This document shows positions 10,631 through 22,137 of a DNA stretch of 64,000 bases, piece by piece; position 1 is the stretch's first letter; the number at the start of each line of letters is the position of its first letter. This DNA is from an uncultured delta proteobacterium (lineage in GTDB: Bacteria; Bdellovibrionota; FAC87; UBA2466), in NCBI GenBank assembly GCA_963778115.1, contig CAVZSV010000005.1, positions 32,001-96,000 on the forward strand. Reading direction: 5' to 3'. Made by a program: the position numbers and the translations under genes. Below the pieces are notes generated by a model. That model had not been told where the DNA came from, ran no database searches, and saw only the letters and a program-made list of their open reading frames with translations.

Positions 10631-11529
10631 TATTCGCCACCTGTTCGCGCAATTGCTCGACCACCGCCTTCAACCGCAGCCCGATCGAGGTCAGCTTCAG
10701 CGAAACCGACTTGCTGCAAAGCGTATTCACCTCGCGGTTGAATTCCTGCACCAGAAAATCGAATTTCCGTCCCACCCCGGCGGCCTCCGCCAGCAAGCAC
10801 CCGCGCCGCCGCGATATGCGACGCCAGCCGGTCCAGCTCCTCGCGCACGTCGGATTTGGTCGCCAGCAGCGCCACCTCCTGCGCGATCCGCTCCTCCGGC
10901 AGAGCCGGGCGTGCTGCCCAGGATCTCCGCCAGCTGCGCCATCAGCCGCGCCTTGTGCAAAGCCGGCTGCGTCGCCGCCTCCACCACCGCCTCGTCATGC
11001 AGCGCCGCAATCTCCTCCAGACTGCGCATCGACAATCCCGGCCAGCCGCGCGCCCTCACCTGCCCGCGCCGCCACCAGCCCGTCCAACGCGCTCGGCATA
11101 GCCAGCGCGCACCGCCGATTGCAGGGCCGCCTGCAATTCCTCGCTATCATCCTGCGCGCCGACATTGCGCATCACGCCCGGCAGCGCCAGCAGCAATTCC
11201 GCCCGCGGCGGCAAGGCGCCGGGGATATTGTCCGCCAGTTCGATCGCCAGCTCCTTCACCCGCTCCAGCGCCACCATATCCGCCGTCAGCCCGCTTGCCG
11301 CCTCGCGCTTCAGGCTCAACGTGCCCGAAACATTGCCGCGCTTGAGCTGTTTCGTCGTCGCAACCCGCGGAGCGGCGCTCCAGCCCGTCCAGCCCGAGAG
11401 CCAGCCGGAGTTTCAAATCCAGCCCCCGCCCATTGACGCTGCGCAGCTCCCAGATCCAGGCAATCGACCCGGCTTCGCCGCCACCTCGCCCTGCGCCCGG
11501 GCAAACCCGGTCATCGATGCCAGACCCAT
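10627..11529 (-). CDS. yicC: YicC/YloC family endoribonuclease (frameshifted in this sequence)
   Basis: SMTGFARA start, ALLATKSDVREELDRL, FLVQEFNREVNTLCSK in an alternate frame; adjacent to gmk. Confidence 0.85.
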
Positions 11530-11598
11530 TTCAGTTTTGCTTTCCGCATGCGTCACTCATGGGCTGGCGTCATAGCAGCCAGATGATAGGCTGCCCAT

Positions 11599-12364
11599 AT
11601 GTCCACACATAAACCATATAGCCACATCGCCATCACCGGCGCCTCCAGCGGTCTCGGCCGCGCATTGGCCATCGCCTATGCCGTCCCGGCGCCACCCTGC
11701 ACCTCACCGGCCGCGATGCCGCGCGCCTGGCCGAAGTCGCCGCCACCTGCCGCAAGCTGGGCGCTGACGGCGCATGCAAACCCTGGCCGACGTCACCGAC
11801 GCGCCGGCGATGGAAGACTGGGTGCTCGGCTGCCCGGCCGCTCGACCTCGTCATCGCCAATGCCGGCATTTCCGCCGGGCCACGGCGCCGCCAATGCCGA
11901 GACCCCGCGAAGATCCGCGCCATCCTCGCGACCAATATCGACGGCGCCTTCAATACCGCTTTGCCGCCATCGCCGCCATGTCGAAGCAGCCTTGGGCCCC
12001 GCAGTCGCATCGTGCTCATCGGCTCCATCGCCGGGCTGATCGCGCTGCCCACCACCCCCACCTATTCCGCCGCCAAGGCGGCGCTCGATTTCTGGGTATC
12101 CGCCACCGCCCCCAACCGGCCAAAGACGGCATCGCGCTCACCTTGGTGCGCCCCGGCTTCATCCGCACGCCGATGACCGCGAACAACCCCTACAAAATGC
12201 CCGGCATGATCGACGCCGATCAGGCCGCGAAAATCATCATCTCAGGCATCGCACGCGGCCAGACGACCATCACCTTCCCCCAATGGTTCGCCGCCTTTGC
12301 CCGGTTGGGGAACTGGATGCCTAAATCGATGTTTGCGAAGGTGCCGGGGAAGCCAGCGCAGTGA
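11599..12364 (+). CDS. Short-chain dehydrogenase/reductase (frameshifted in this sequence)
   Basis: ITGASSGLG, GSIAG...YSAAKAA, PGFIRTPMT motifs across frames. Confidence 0.85.
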
Positions 12365-12367
12365 AGG

Positions 12368-12513
12368 AAAGGAAGCGGTTCTTTTTTGAAAAAAAGAACC
12401 AAAAAACTTCTGTTTACTCTGGCGGTTGCGTGTGGCGCTGCCGGCGCCTCAAGCGTTGGCCCAGAGTAAAAAAGTTTTTTTGCTTCTTTTTGTTCACAAA
12501 AAGAAGTCCTTCC
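12368..12513. repeat. A/T-tract palindromic intergenic repeat, copy 1
   Basis: AAGCGGTTCTTTTTTGAAAAAAAGAACCAAAAAACTT ... AAAAAAGTTTTTTTGCTTCTTTTTGTTCACAAAAAGAAG; near-identical ends at 21946-22091. Confidence 0.85.
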
Positions 12514-13257
12514 TTACCTTGCTTCCAGCGCCGCCATCACGCCGTCCACAAGCTCCTTCCGGCAGATCAACACGTCCGGCAGATAAGGGTCAGGGCGGTT
12601 ATAGAGCAGAGGCGATCCATCGACGCGCGAGACATGGAACCCCGCCGCCTGAGCGACGGCTGCGGGGGCGCAGTTGTCCCATTCGTACTGGCCGCCGGTA
12701 TGCAGATAAATATCCGCCTCGCCGCGCAGCACGGCCATGGCTTTGGCGCCCGCCGAGCCCATCGGGACCAGCTCGGCGCCCAGTTTCTCCGCCACTGCCA
12801 GAGCCTCCGCTGCCGGGCGTGTGCGGCTGACCAGCATGCGGGGCTTGCCGAAATGAGGACCTGGCTGGGCCGGTAACTGAGCCGTGCAGAAGGTCACCCC
12901 CAAGCCGGGAAGCGCCACGGCGCCGATGCGCGCGACACCGTTCACGGCCAGGGCGACATGCACCGCCCAATCGGTCCGCGCCTCGCCATATTCGCGCGTG
13001 CCGTCCAGCGGATCGACGATCCAGACCCGCTCGCGCGCGCAACGCAGGGCAGAATCCTTCTCCTCCTCCGATAGAATTGCATCCTCCGGCCGGTTTTCCT
13101 TCAACGCCGCCATGATGAACGCATTGGCGACCCGGTCCCCGGCTTTGCCAAGCGCCTTGCCGTCGAACAACCGCGATGCCTGCAGGTTCAGCAACACTGC
13201 GCCTGCGGTCTCGGCGATACGACGCGCCAGCCGCGCGTCGTCCTCCAATGTGCTCAT
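12514..13257 (-). CDS. cysQ: 3'(2'),5'-bisphosphate nucleotidase
   Basis: [30 protein letters not shown] inositol monophosphatase motifs; in the cys operon. Confidence 0.9.
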   Translation of the reverse strand: MSTLEDDARLARRIAETAGAVLLNLQASRLFDGKALGKAGDRVANAFIMAALKENRPEDAILSEEEKDSALRCARERVWIVDPLDGTREYGEARTDWAVHVALAVNGVARIGAVALPGLGVTFCTAQLPAQPGPHFGKPRMLVSRTRPAAEALAVAEKLGAELVPMGSAGAKAMAVLRGEADIYLHTGGQYEWDNCAPAAVAQAAGFHVSRVDGSPLLYNRPDPYLPDVLICRKELVDGVMAALEAR

Positions 13258-15180
13258 TGCGCGCCACGCAGCAGATGATCGACGATCAATTCCGCCGCCG
13301 CTTCAGAACTCATGCGGGTCGTGTCGATATGGATCTCCGGGTTCACCGGTGGCTCATAAGGGCTGTCGATGCCCGTGAAATTCTTCAACGCGCCCGCGCG
13401 GGCCTTTTTGTAGAGCCCCTTCACGTCGCGCCGTTCTGCTTCGGCGAGCGGCGTATCGATATGGATTTCCACAAACTCGCCGGGCGGCAACATGTCGCGC
13501 ACCATCGCCCGCTCCTCCCGGAAGGGCGAGATGAAGGCGGTCAGCACGATCAACCCGGCATCGGTCATCAACCTCGCCACCTCGCCCACGCGACGGATAT
13601 TCTCCACGCGATCGGCGTCGGTGAAGCCTAGGTCCTTGTTCAGCCGGTGCCGGACATTATCGCCATCGAGCAGGAAGGTATGGCGGCCCAGCGCGTGCAG
13701 CCGCTTCTCGACCAGATTCGCGATGGTCGATTTGCCCGCACCGCTCAACCCCGTGAACCACAGCACTTTCGGCGACTGGTTCTTCGCCGCCGCATGCGCC
13801 TCGCGCGTTACATCCAGCGCCTGCCAATGCACATTCTGCGCACGGCGCAGCGCGAAATGCAGCATCCCCGCGGCCACGGTGGCATTCGTCAGCCGGTCGA
13901 TCAGGATGAACCCGCCGAGATCGCGGTTGTTCTGGTAGGATTCAAACACCAGCGGCTTGTCGGTGGAGAGCACGGCGACGCCGATGGCATTCAGCCCCAG
14001 CGTTTTGGCGGCCAGATGCTCCATCGTGTTCACCGCAACCTGGTATTTCGGCGCCTGCACCCGGGCCGCCACAGTCTGCGTGCTGATCTTCAGCCAATAA
14101 GGCCGCCCCGGCAGCATGTCCTCATCAGCCATCCAGACGATGGTTGCCTCGAACTGGTCGGCAACTTCCGGCGGGTTGTCCGCCTGCGCCATCACATCGC
14201 CGCGCGAGCAATCGATCTCTTCCGCCAGCGTCAGGGTGACGGATTGCCCCGCCACCGCCTTTTCCAGATCGCCGTCCAGCGTGACGATCCGGGAAACGGT
14301 GGAGGTTTTGCCCGAAGGCAGCACGCGCACCGCATCGCCCGGCTGCACCGTGCCGCTGACGATCATCCCGGAAAATCCACGGAAATTCAGGTTCGGCCGG
14401 TTGACCCATTGCACGGGCATACGGAACGGCCCGTTCTGCTGCGGCGACCTCATCAAGCTCAACCGTCTCCAGATGCTCCATCAGCGCGGGGCCTGAATAC
14501 CACGGCGTATTCTCCGACCGCGTCGTGATGTTATCGCCCGCCAGACCTGAAATCGGGATCGCCAGAAACTCGCCGATGCCAACCGTGTCCGCAAAAGCCC
14601 TGTAATCGGCGACGATCTTATCAAACACGCTCTGGTCGTAGCCGACCAGATCCATCTTGTTGATCGCCAGCACCAGCCGCTTGATGCCGATCAGATTGAC
14701 GAGATAACTATGCCGCCGCGTCTGCGTCAGCACGCCCTTGCGCGCGTCGATCAGGATGACGGCAAGATCCGCGGTCGAAGCGCCGGTGACCATGTTGCGG
14801 GTATATTGCTCATGGCCCGGCGTATCGGCGACGATGAATTTGCGCCGGTCAGTCGAGAAAAACCGATAGGCGACATCGATGGTAATGCCCTGCTCGCGTT
14901 CCGCCGCCAGCCCATCGACCAGCAGCGCGAAATCGATCGCCTTGCCCTGCGTGCCGACCCGCTGGCTGTCCGCCTCAAGCTGCGCCAGCTGGTCTTCGAA
15001 AATCATTTTCGAATCATAGAGCAGCCGGCCGATCAGCGTGGACTTGCCGTCATCGACCGAGCCGCAGGTGATGAACCGCAGCAGCGATTTATGCTGATGC
15101 TGGAGGAGATACGCATCGATATCCTCGGCAATGAGGTCCTGCGCTTTGTAGCTGCTATCGCCGGAAACCACGTTCGCCAT
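13254..15180 (-). CDS. cysNC: Bifunctional sulfate adenylyltransferase subunit 1 / adenylylsulfate kinase (one indel near 14450)
   Basis: [18 protein letters not shown] GTPase motifs; [12 protein letters not shown] and LDGDNVR APS kinase motifs. Confidence 0.93.
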
Positions 15181-16100
15181 CAGAAATACCCCTCCTGCTT
15201 CTTCTTCTCCATGCTGGCCGCCTGGTCATGGTCGATCGCGCGGCCCTGGCGCTCGGAGGTTGTGGTGAGCAGCATTTCCTGAATCACTTCCGGCAGCGTC
15301 GCAGCCTGGCTCTCCACCGCGCCTGTCAGCGGGTAGCAGCCCAGCGTGCGGAAACGGATGGATTTCTGCTCCGGCACCTCGCCGGGATTGAGCCGGAAAC
15401 GTTCGTCATCGACCATCAGCAACATGCCGTTGCGCGTCACGGTCGGGCGCGGTGCCGCGAAATAGAGCGGCACGATCGGGATGTTCTCCAGATGGATATA
15501 TTGCCAGATATCGAGCTCGGTCCAATTGGAAATCGGAAACACGCGAATGCTCTCGCCCTTGGCCTTGTGCGCATTGTAGAGCCGCCACAATTCCGGCCGC
15601 TGGTTTTTCGGATCCCAGCGATGATTGGCCGAGCGGAAGGAGAACATGCGCTCCTTGGCGCGGCTTTTCTCTTCATCCCGCCGCGCGCCGCCGAAGGCCA
15701 CGTCAAAACCATATTGATCCAGCGCCTGCTTCAGCCCTTCGGTTTTCCATAAATCCGTGTGCAGGGAGCCATGGTCGAACGGGTTGATCCCCTTCGCCTC
15801 GGCTTCCGGATTTTGATACACCAGCAGATCCATGCCGCTCTCCGCCGCCATCCGGTCGCGGAGTTCGTACATCGCCTTGAATTTCCAGGTGGTATCGACA
15901 TGCAGCAGCGGAAAAGGCGGCGGGCTCGGGTAGAACGCCTTGCGCGCCAGATGCAGCATCACGGCGGAATCCTTGCCGACGCTGTACAGCATGACGGGTT
16001 TTTCGGCCTCCGAGACCACCTCCCGCATGATGTGAATCGACTTCAGCCTCAAGACGCTGCAAATGCGTCAGCCTTACGGCGCCTGTCAGCAAGGCCTCAT
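15180..16100 (-). CDS. cysD: Sulfate adenylyltransferase subunit 2 (5' end uncertain, indel near 16045)
   Basis: [53 protein letters not shown]. Confidence 0.95.
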
Positions 16101-16406
16101 TCTACCGTCTCCATTACGCGCGCCTCAAACCCGTTCTTCATCCAAGAAGGTCTGGACAGACGCGCCGCTTGAACGCTGTCCAGCCAACATCTTCCAAAAT
16201 CGCACGGGAACGCCCGCATGGCAAATTCCGGCGGAACGACCGAGGTTTGCGCGCTAAAACAGCGGTTAACTCATTGTTTTAAAACGATTTATTAAAATAC
16301 AAAACGCGTCGTCTTAGCCTTTTTGAGCGCATATCGGAACGCAGTCACAACAAATTCGCAGTAAATTTTTCTCCAAATCAAGCAGAGTTAATGTTTGGCG
16401 CCCGTT

Positions 16407-18353
16407 CTAGAACGACACGCGCAGCGCCCCGGAGACCTCCCGATCCGCCCCGTCCGACTTTGCGACCGTCGTGGCGAAATTCGCGGCAAAGGAGATGCGG
16501 CTGGTAATGGCCGTCGAGATGCCGCCCGACAGCTCGCCCCAGGTTTTGGCTGTGGAGGGGTAGGTCGTGGTGAGCGGCACGAGGGGCTCGTCGGTAAACA
16601 CGCTGTTGAAATTACCGCCATTACCGGAAAACAACTGGTCCACGGTCGCGGTGATATTCGGATGCAGGACAAGCGAACCCAGGGCAAGATCCGTCGCGGC
16701 GGTGGCGCCGAGATCGCCGATCACCTGGGTGAAATGCTGCGAATCGACCGATTGGGTCAGCGCCGGATCGCCACTTTCGGTATAGCTGCCGAGGCTGGCA
16801 TCGGTCACGTTGATCCCGGCAAGCGGCCCATAGGTGAAATTGCCGGTGTTCAGCACATAGCCCATCTCGCCGCCAAAGGTCGCGGTATTGCCGGACGGCT
16901 TGGCGGTGATGGCGCTGCCGACGACGCCCGGCCGGGAATTGTTGTAATTGTCGAACCCGTAGGTGAAGCTCACATTCAGGTAGTAATGCGGCTGGTAGAA
17001 CGCGGCATAGGCGCCGAGCTGGTAGGCATTGGCCGAAACCGTCCCGTCCTGCACCACATTGCCATGGTCGGTGCCGTACCCAAGTGCCGCACCAACCGCG
17101 ATGCCGGGGGCGAGCTGGTCGTCCAGCCCGAAGGCGAAGGTGCCGACATTATAGTTGAACCCATTATCGGCGCCGATCGTGTTGCGGTTACCGAAATCAT
17201 AGCTGCCCGCGAAAAACCCGGAGAGCTTGCCGCCCCCGCCGATCTGCCCGGTCATGTTCTGCCCCGGCAGATCGACCGAAAACCCGGACGCCCCGGCGCG
17301 CAGCGCCTCGGTCCGCTGGTTCAACTGGTCGGAAAACGCATCCGCGCCGAAGGCCGAGATCTGCGCCGGGGCGGCGAGGCCCGCCAGGCCGTTCAGCGCC
17401 GAGGCGGCGTATTCGGCGATCAGCAGATGCGTGCCGGTGGTGGGATGCACGCCGTCCCAGAAGACATACTGGTTCTGGACCGCGGTCGGCGCGGTAACGC
17501 AGGACGGGGTGTCGATACAGGCGGCGGTCGTATTGGTTTTGCCATAGGCGGCCGGGTCCGCCAGCAATTCGTTGAAAATCTGCGCCTCGTTCATCACGAT
17601 GATATTGGCGCCGGTGGCGTTGTGCTCGCCGGCCATGAATTGTGAGAGCGTGGCGTTATGTTCCTCGGAAATGGTGTTGGCGATGCCGATGATGGCGGCG
17701 CCATCGCCATTGAATTGCGGCGTTTCCCCGAGATCCGGCAGGTTGAAAACGATGAAGCGGCGCGCCCCCAGACTCGTGAGCTGCTCCACCCCTTCCGTCG
17801 TCTGTTCCGCGACGCTTTGAATGGCACTGGCGAAGGCCGTCGTTGGGTTGGCAAGGCCGGCTTCCACGGCGGCAAGCGTCGCGAAGTAGTCATTCGCGCC
17901 AACCCAGACTCCAACCACGTCGCTGCTGCCAAAATGCGTCCCGGTGGCGGCGAAGGACTGCACCTCCTCAAGAAAACTCGGCAGAGGTACATTGGCAAAA
18001 GCCGCAGTGCCGCCCAGGCTGACGGGGAGGTTTTCAAGATTGTTGTAGGTCGTCCCATCGATGGTCAGCGGCCCGGCAAACGCGCCGCCGACGCCATAAT
18101 CATTCGATGCGGTAAAACTGAGACCCGTCAGGCCCGGAAAATACTCGGCCCAGACCGGGCCATTCGAAAACCTGTTCTCATAATAAGGCGGCGGCGGATA
18201 ATCGATGCCGGTGAGCTTCGGGCGTATTGCCGTTATCCACCAGGCTATCGCCAAAAGCATAAAAATTGCCCGCATGGGCCGGGGCACTCAGACACGTACA
18301 AGCCAAAATTGCAGCATAAAGCGACCTGCGATTGATTTTCGATTGATTTTCAC
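16407..18353 (-). CDS. GDSL/SGNH esterase autotransporter (EstA-like); N-terminus in a different frame
   Basis: Signal peptide then FGDSLVDNGN, RFSNGPVW, GAND, FWDGVHPT; C-terminal beta-barrel ending in F. Confidence 0.88.
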
Positions 18354-18684
18354 TGCCCGTCTCCCCTCCCAGAATTTTTCTGTTTTTGTAACGAAAACTA
18401 TGCGCAGATGCCGCAAACGTCAACTTCTTTTCCAATGCTCAGGGCGCGCATTCCGGGCAAGGCGACGGCCCCCTCGAACCCTTTCAAGCAAGGATGCCAA
18501 GCGCGCGGGTAAGCCCTCGCCGCACGCCGGAATCCCGCCAAAACCCTCAAGGTTTTTGCCGCTCCGCGCCGCCATTGCATCGCTAGATGTCTAAACAGAG
18601 CACCCAAATGCGCACATGGACTTGATGTAACGCTGCCAACGCGGCCATAAGCACCCCGCGTTGAAATTTTGAATTGGATAGGCG

Positions 18685-19653
18685 ATGCAACTGCACATTA
18701 AACGAGCGCTCGACCGCCTGCCGGGCGGCATGATGATCGTCCCCCTCGTGATCGGCTCCGTTATAATTACATTTGCACCCAACACGGCAAAATTCTTCGG
18801 CTCGTTTACAGGCGCTTTGTTTACTGGCGCACTTCCCATCCTCGCAGTTTTCTATGTCTGCATGGGCTCCACTATCTCTGTCGGCATGTTACCCAAAGTA
18901 GCGCGCAAGGGCGGTGTGCTGCTCTGCGCCAAAATTCTGATGGGCATCCTCGCCGGTGTTATTCTCGGCCATTTCCTGGGCGAAGCGCCGGTCGCCAGCG
19001 GCTGGTTCGCGGGCATCTCCACCCTCGCCGTCGTCGCAGCACTGAATGACACGAATGGCGGGCTCTATATGTCGCTGATGGGACAATATGGCAGCGCCGA
19101 TGAAGCTGCGGCCTATTCCATCATGACGCTCGAATCCGGCCCGTTTTTGACCATGGTGACACTCGGCGTCGCCGGTCTGGCCGCGTTTCCGTGGCAGACC
19201 CTGGTCGGCGCCATCCTGCCACTGGCAGCCGGCATCATCCTGGGTAATCTCGACCGTGAGCTGAAGGATTTCCTCGGCCGCGCAGCCCCCGTGCTGATCC
19301 CGTTCTTTGCCTTCGCGCTCGGCACCACGCTGAACCTGCATCTCGTCTGGCGCGCCGGCTTCCTCGGCCTTGGCCTTGGCGTCGGCGTTGTGGTGATCTC
19401 GGGTATCTTCATGCTCGTCGCGGATAAGTTCACCGGCGGCAACGGTACTGCGGGTGTGGCCGCCGCGACCACGGCCGGTAATGCGGCCGCTGTGCCGGCA
19501 CTCGTCGCCAGCGCCAACCACGCCTATGCCGCGGCTGCCGCCCCGGCCACCATCCTGGTTGCCGCCTGCGTTATCGTCAGCAGCCTGCTGGTGCCGGTGT
19601 TGACGGCCTGGTGGGCAGGCCGCGTTCGCCCCCGCAACGCCAACCTGGCCTAA
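18685..19653 (+). CDS. kdgT: 2-keto-3-deoxygluconate permease family transporter
   Basis: [42 protein letters not shown] motifs. Confidence 0.9.
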   Translation: MQLHIKRALDRLPGGMMIVPLVIGSVIITFAPNTAKFFGSFTGALFTGALPILAVFYVCMGSTISVGMLPKVARKGGVLLCAKILMGILAGVILGHFLGEAPVASGWFAGISTLAVVAALNDTNGGLYMSLMGQYGSADEAAAYSIMTLESGPFLTMVTLGVAGLAAFPWQTLVGAILPLAAGIILGNLDRELKDFLGRAAPVLIPFFAFALGTTLNLHLVWRAGFLGLGLGVGVVVISGIFMLVADKFTGGNGTAGVAAATTAGNAAAVPALVASANHAYAAAAAPATILVAACVIVSSLLVPVLTAWWAGRVRPRNANLA

Positions 19654-19657
19654 CCCC

Positions 19658-20923
19658 ATGGCAGCCTCATCCGCCGAACTCCTGATCATCGCCGATGACC
19701 TTTCCGGGGCGGCCGATTGCGCCGTCACCTGCTTTGATGCCGGGCTGGCAAGCCTGGTCGTGCTGAACGGCGATGCGGAAACCCCGCAGGCCGAGGCCCT
19801 TGCAATCGATACCGACAGCCGACGCCTGACCAGCGCGCAGGCCGCCGAGGTCACCGCGCGGATGGTTCAGCTTCATGCCGGGCCGGAAACGCGGCTGATC
19901 TATAAAAAGATGGATTCAACCGCCCGTGGCAATTTCGCGATTGAAATTGCCGCCTGCCTCGGCGTCATCCGCGAGCGGCCATCGGCCAAAAACGCGGTGG
20001 CGATCGTCGCGCCCGCCTTCCCCTCGGCCGGCCGCACCACGCTCAATGGGCATCAGCTGCTCAACGGCCAGAAAATCGAGGAAACCAAGGTCTGGCTGAA
20101 CGAGCATATTCGCGGCCGGGCGCATTTGCCGGAGATGCTCACCGCGGCCGGCCTGAGTGTGGCGCAGCTCGACCTTGCCACGGTGCGAAACCCTGCACAG
20201 CTCGCCCAGGCGCTGCGCGATGCCGCGAAAGACCATCAGGCGCTGGTATGTGACGCCGAAACCGATGCGGATCTGCAGGCCATCGCCGAGGCTGGCCAGG
20301 CGCTCGGCCCTGCCACGATCTGGGCCGGTTCCGCGGGCCTCGCCCGGCACCTGCCCACTGTCGCCGGGCTGGTCCGTACGCCACAGCCAAAGACGGAGCG
20401 GCCACGCCGCGACGGGCCCGTGATCTGCGCGGTGGGCAGCCTCTCGCAGGTTTCCCGCGAACAGTTCGGCCGTTTTCAGGGGCAGGAAGGTGTTGCGAGC
20501 TTCGTCCTCCCGCCGGAGCTGCTGCGCGCCGGGCCGGGCTCGCCCGATTGGGCAGCGCAGGATGCGGCGTTGCAGCGCGCCGTGGCACAGGGCCAGGATA
20601 TCGCCATCCTGATCGGCGCTGCCGCCAACCCTGACCCGGCGGAGGGCCTGATCCTATGCGCCGCACTGGGCCGGATGCTGGCGCCCTATCTGGCAAATGC
20701 GAAGGGCCTGATTGCGACCGGCGGCGAGACCGCCCGCGCGCTCTTGCTTGCCGCCGGCGTGCCATCGCTGCAACTGGTGGGCGAAGTTGAACCCGGGGTT
20801 CCGTATTCCATCGCGGCCTCCGGTGGCGCTGCCGCCGGGTTGCCTGTTATTACCAAGGCCGGCGCGTTCGGCCGTCCTGAAACCTTGACCCATTGCAGCA
20901 CGTTGCTGCGCAATGGCGCCTGA
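19658..20923 (+). CDS. Four-carbon acid sugar kinase (D-threonate/D-erythronate kinase-like)
   Basis: IADDLSGAAD, KKMDST.RGN, GSAGLA, TGGETA, TKAGAFG; upstream of a pdxA paralog. Confidence 0.85.
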   Translation: MAASSAELLIIADDLSGAADCAVTCFDAGLASLVVLNGDAETPQAEALAIDTDSRRLTSAQAAEVTARMVQLHAGPETRLIYKKMDSTARGNFAIEIAACLGVIRERPSAKNAVAIVAPAFPSAGRTTLNGHQLLNGQKIEETKVWLNEHIRGRAHLPEMLTAAGLSVAQLDLATVRNPAQLAQALRDAAKDHQALVCDAETDADLQAIAEAGQALGPATIWAGSAGLARHLPTVAGLVRTPQPKTERPRRDGPVICAVGSLSQVSREQFGRFQGQEGVASFVLPPELLRAGPGSPDWAAQDAALQRAVAQGQDIAILIGAAANPDPAEGLILCAALGRMLAPYLANAKGLIATGGETARALLLAAGVPSLQLVGEVEPGVPYSIAASGGAAAGLPVITKAGAFGRPETLTHCSTLLRNGA

Positions 20924-20951
20924 AACCTCTCTCCGGACAAGGATATAATTC

Positions 20952-21947
20952 ATGCCCCTTCCCCGCATCGCGATTACCATGGGCGACGCCGCCGGCGTCG
21001 GACCCGAAGTCATCGTTAAAACGCTCGCCCATGCCGAGCTTTACGAACGCTGCCGCCCCGTCGTGATCGGCGATGCCGGACGGCTGGAAAAGGCCATGCA
21101 GGCCACCGGCATCAAGCTGGCCATCAACGCATTCTCCGCGAAGGACATTGCCAGCGCGAAATACCAGCCCGGCACGATCGATTGCGTCGATCTTAAGCTG
21201 ATCCCGGCGGATATGCCCTGGGGCAAACTCTCCCCGGTCGCGGGCGATGCCGCCTTCCAGTTCATCAAAACCGCCACCGAACTCGCGGTTGCCGGAGAGG
21301 TCGAGGCGATCTGCACCGCGCCGCTGAACAAGGAAGCGCTGCATGCCGGCGGCCATATGTATCCCGGCCATACCGAGATGATCGCCGACCTGACCGGGAC
21401 CAAGGAAGTCTCGATGATGCTGACCGCGCCGAACCTGCGGGTGATCCATGTCACCACGCATATCGGCCTGATGGATGCGATCCGGAAAATCGAGCCCGGC
21501 CTGGTGGAGCGCACCATTTCCCGCGGTTATGCGGTGCTGGAGAAAGCCGGGCTGCCTCGGCGTAAAATCGGCGTCTGCGGCATCAACCCGCATGCCGGTG
21601 AAAACGGCCTGTTCGGCCAGGGCGAAGAAGAAGAGAAGATCGCCCCCGCCATCGCCGCCTGCCGCGCCAAAGGCTGGGATGTCGAAGGCCCCCTGCCTGC
21701 CGACACGCTGTTCTTCCGCGCCGGGCGTGGCGATTTCGACATGGTGGTCGCGATGTATCACGATCAGGGCCATGGGCCGGTGAAGGTGCTGGGCCTGGAA
21801 TCCGGTGTGAACATCACCGTCGGCCTGCCGGTCATCCGCACCTCGGTCGATCACGGCACCGCCTTCGACATTGCCGGCACCGGCAAGGCCGATGAAGGCA
21901 GCATGCTCGAAGCCCTGCGCCAGGGGATCGCGCTCGCGCCGGGTTAA
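20952..21947 (+). CDS. pdxA2: PdxA-family 4-phospho-tetronate dehydrogenase (PdxA2-type by context)
   Basis: TMGDAAGVGPE, TAPLNKEA, GHTE, NPHAGE, AMYHDQG, RTSVDHGTAFDIAG; follows a DUF1537 kinase. Confidence 0.85.
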   Translation: MPLPRIAITMGDAAGVGPEVIVKTLAHAELYERCRPVVIGDAGRLEKAMQATGIKLAINAFSAKDIASAKYQPGTIDCVDLKLIPADMPWGKLSPVAGDAAFQFIKTATELAVAGEVEAICTAPLNKEALHAGGHMYPGHTEMIADLTGTKEVSMMLTAPNLRVIHVTTHIGLMDAIRKIEPGLVERTISRGYAVLEKAGLPRRKIGVCGINPHAGENGLFGQGEEEEKIAPAIAACRAKGWDVEGPLPADTLFFRAGRGDFDMVVAMYHDQGHGPVKVLGLESGVNITVGLPVIRTSVDHGTAFDIAGTGKADEGSMLEALRQGIALAPG

Positions 21948-22091
21948 AGAAAGCGGTTCTTTTTTGTAAAAAAGAACCAAAAAACTTTTGTTCTCTAGCG
22001 GTTGCGTGTGGCATTGATGGTGCCACACGCACGGTCCAAAAATTAAAAAAGTTTTTTTGCTTCTTTTTGTCCACAAAAAGAAGTTCTTCCT
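21946..22091. repeat. A/T-tract palindromic intergenic repeat, copy 2
   Basis: Same ends as 12368-12513, shared internal GCGGTTGCGTGTGGC, central hairpin TGCGTGTGGCA...TGCCACACGCA. Confidence 0.85.
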
Positions 22092-22137
22092 CACGCGAAC
22101 GCAAAAGGACCTAGCCCATGTTCCAGGAACTCCTGAA

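Noticed and set aside
12361..12876. K/F-rich ORFs (also 12220-12402, 21832-22104 and the 22057 extension)
   Set aside because: They are translations of the A/T-tract repeat and the antisense strand of real genes.
6041..16100. Apparent mass pseudogenisation or programmed frameshifting of gyrA, gmk, yicC, the SDR, cysNC and cysD
   Set aside because: Essential genes are hit, the motifs are intact across frames, and the breaks cluster regionally, which fits indel sequencing errors.
12368..22091. CRISPR array
   Set aside because: Only two copies about 9.5 kb apart, with no repeat-spacer periodicity and no cas genes.
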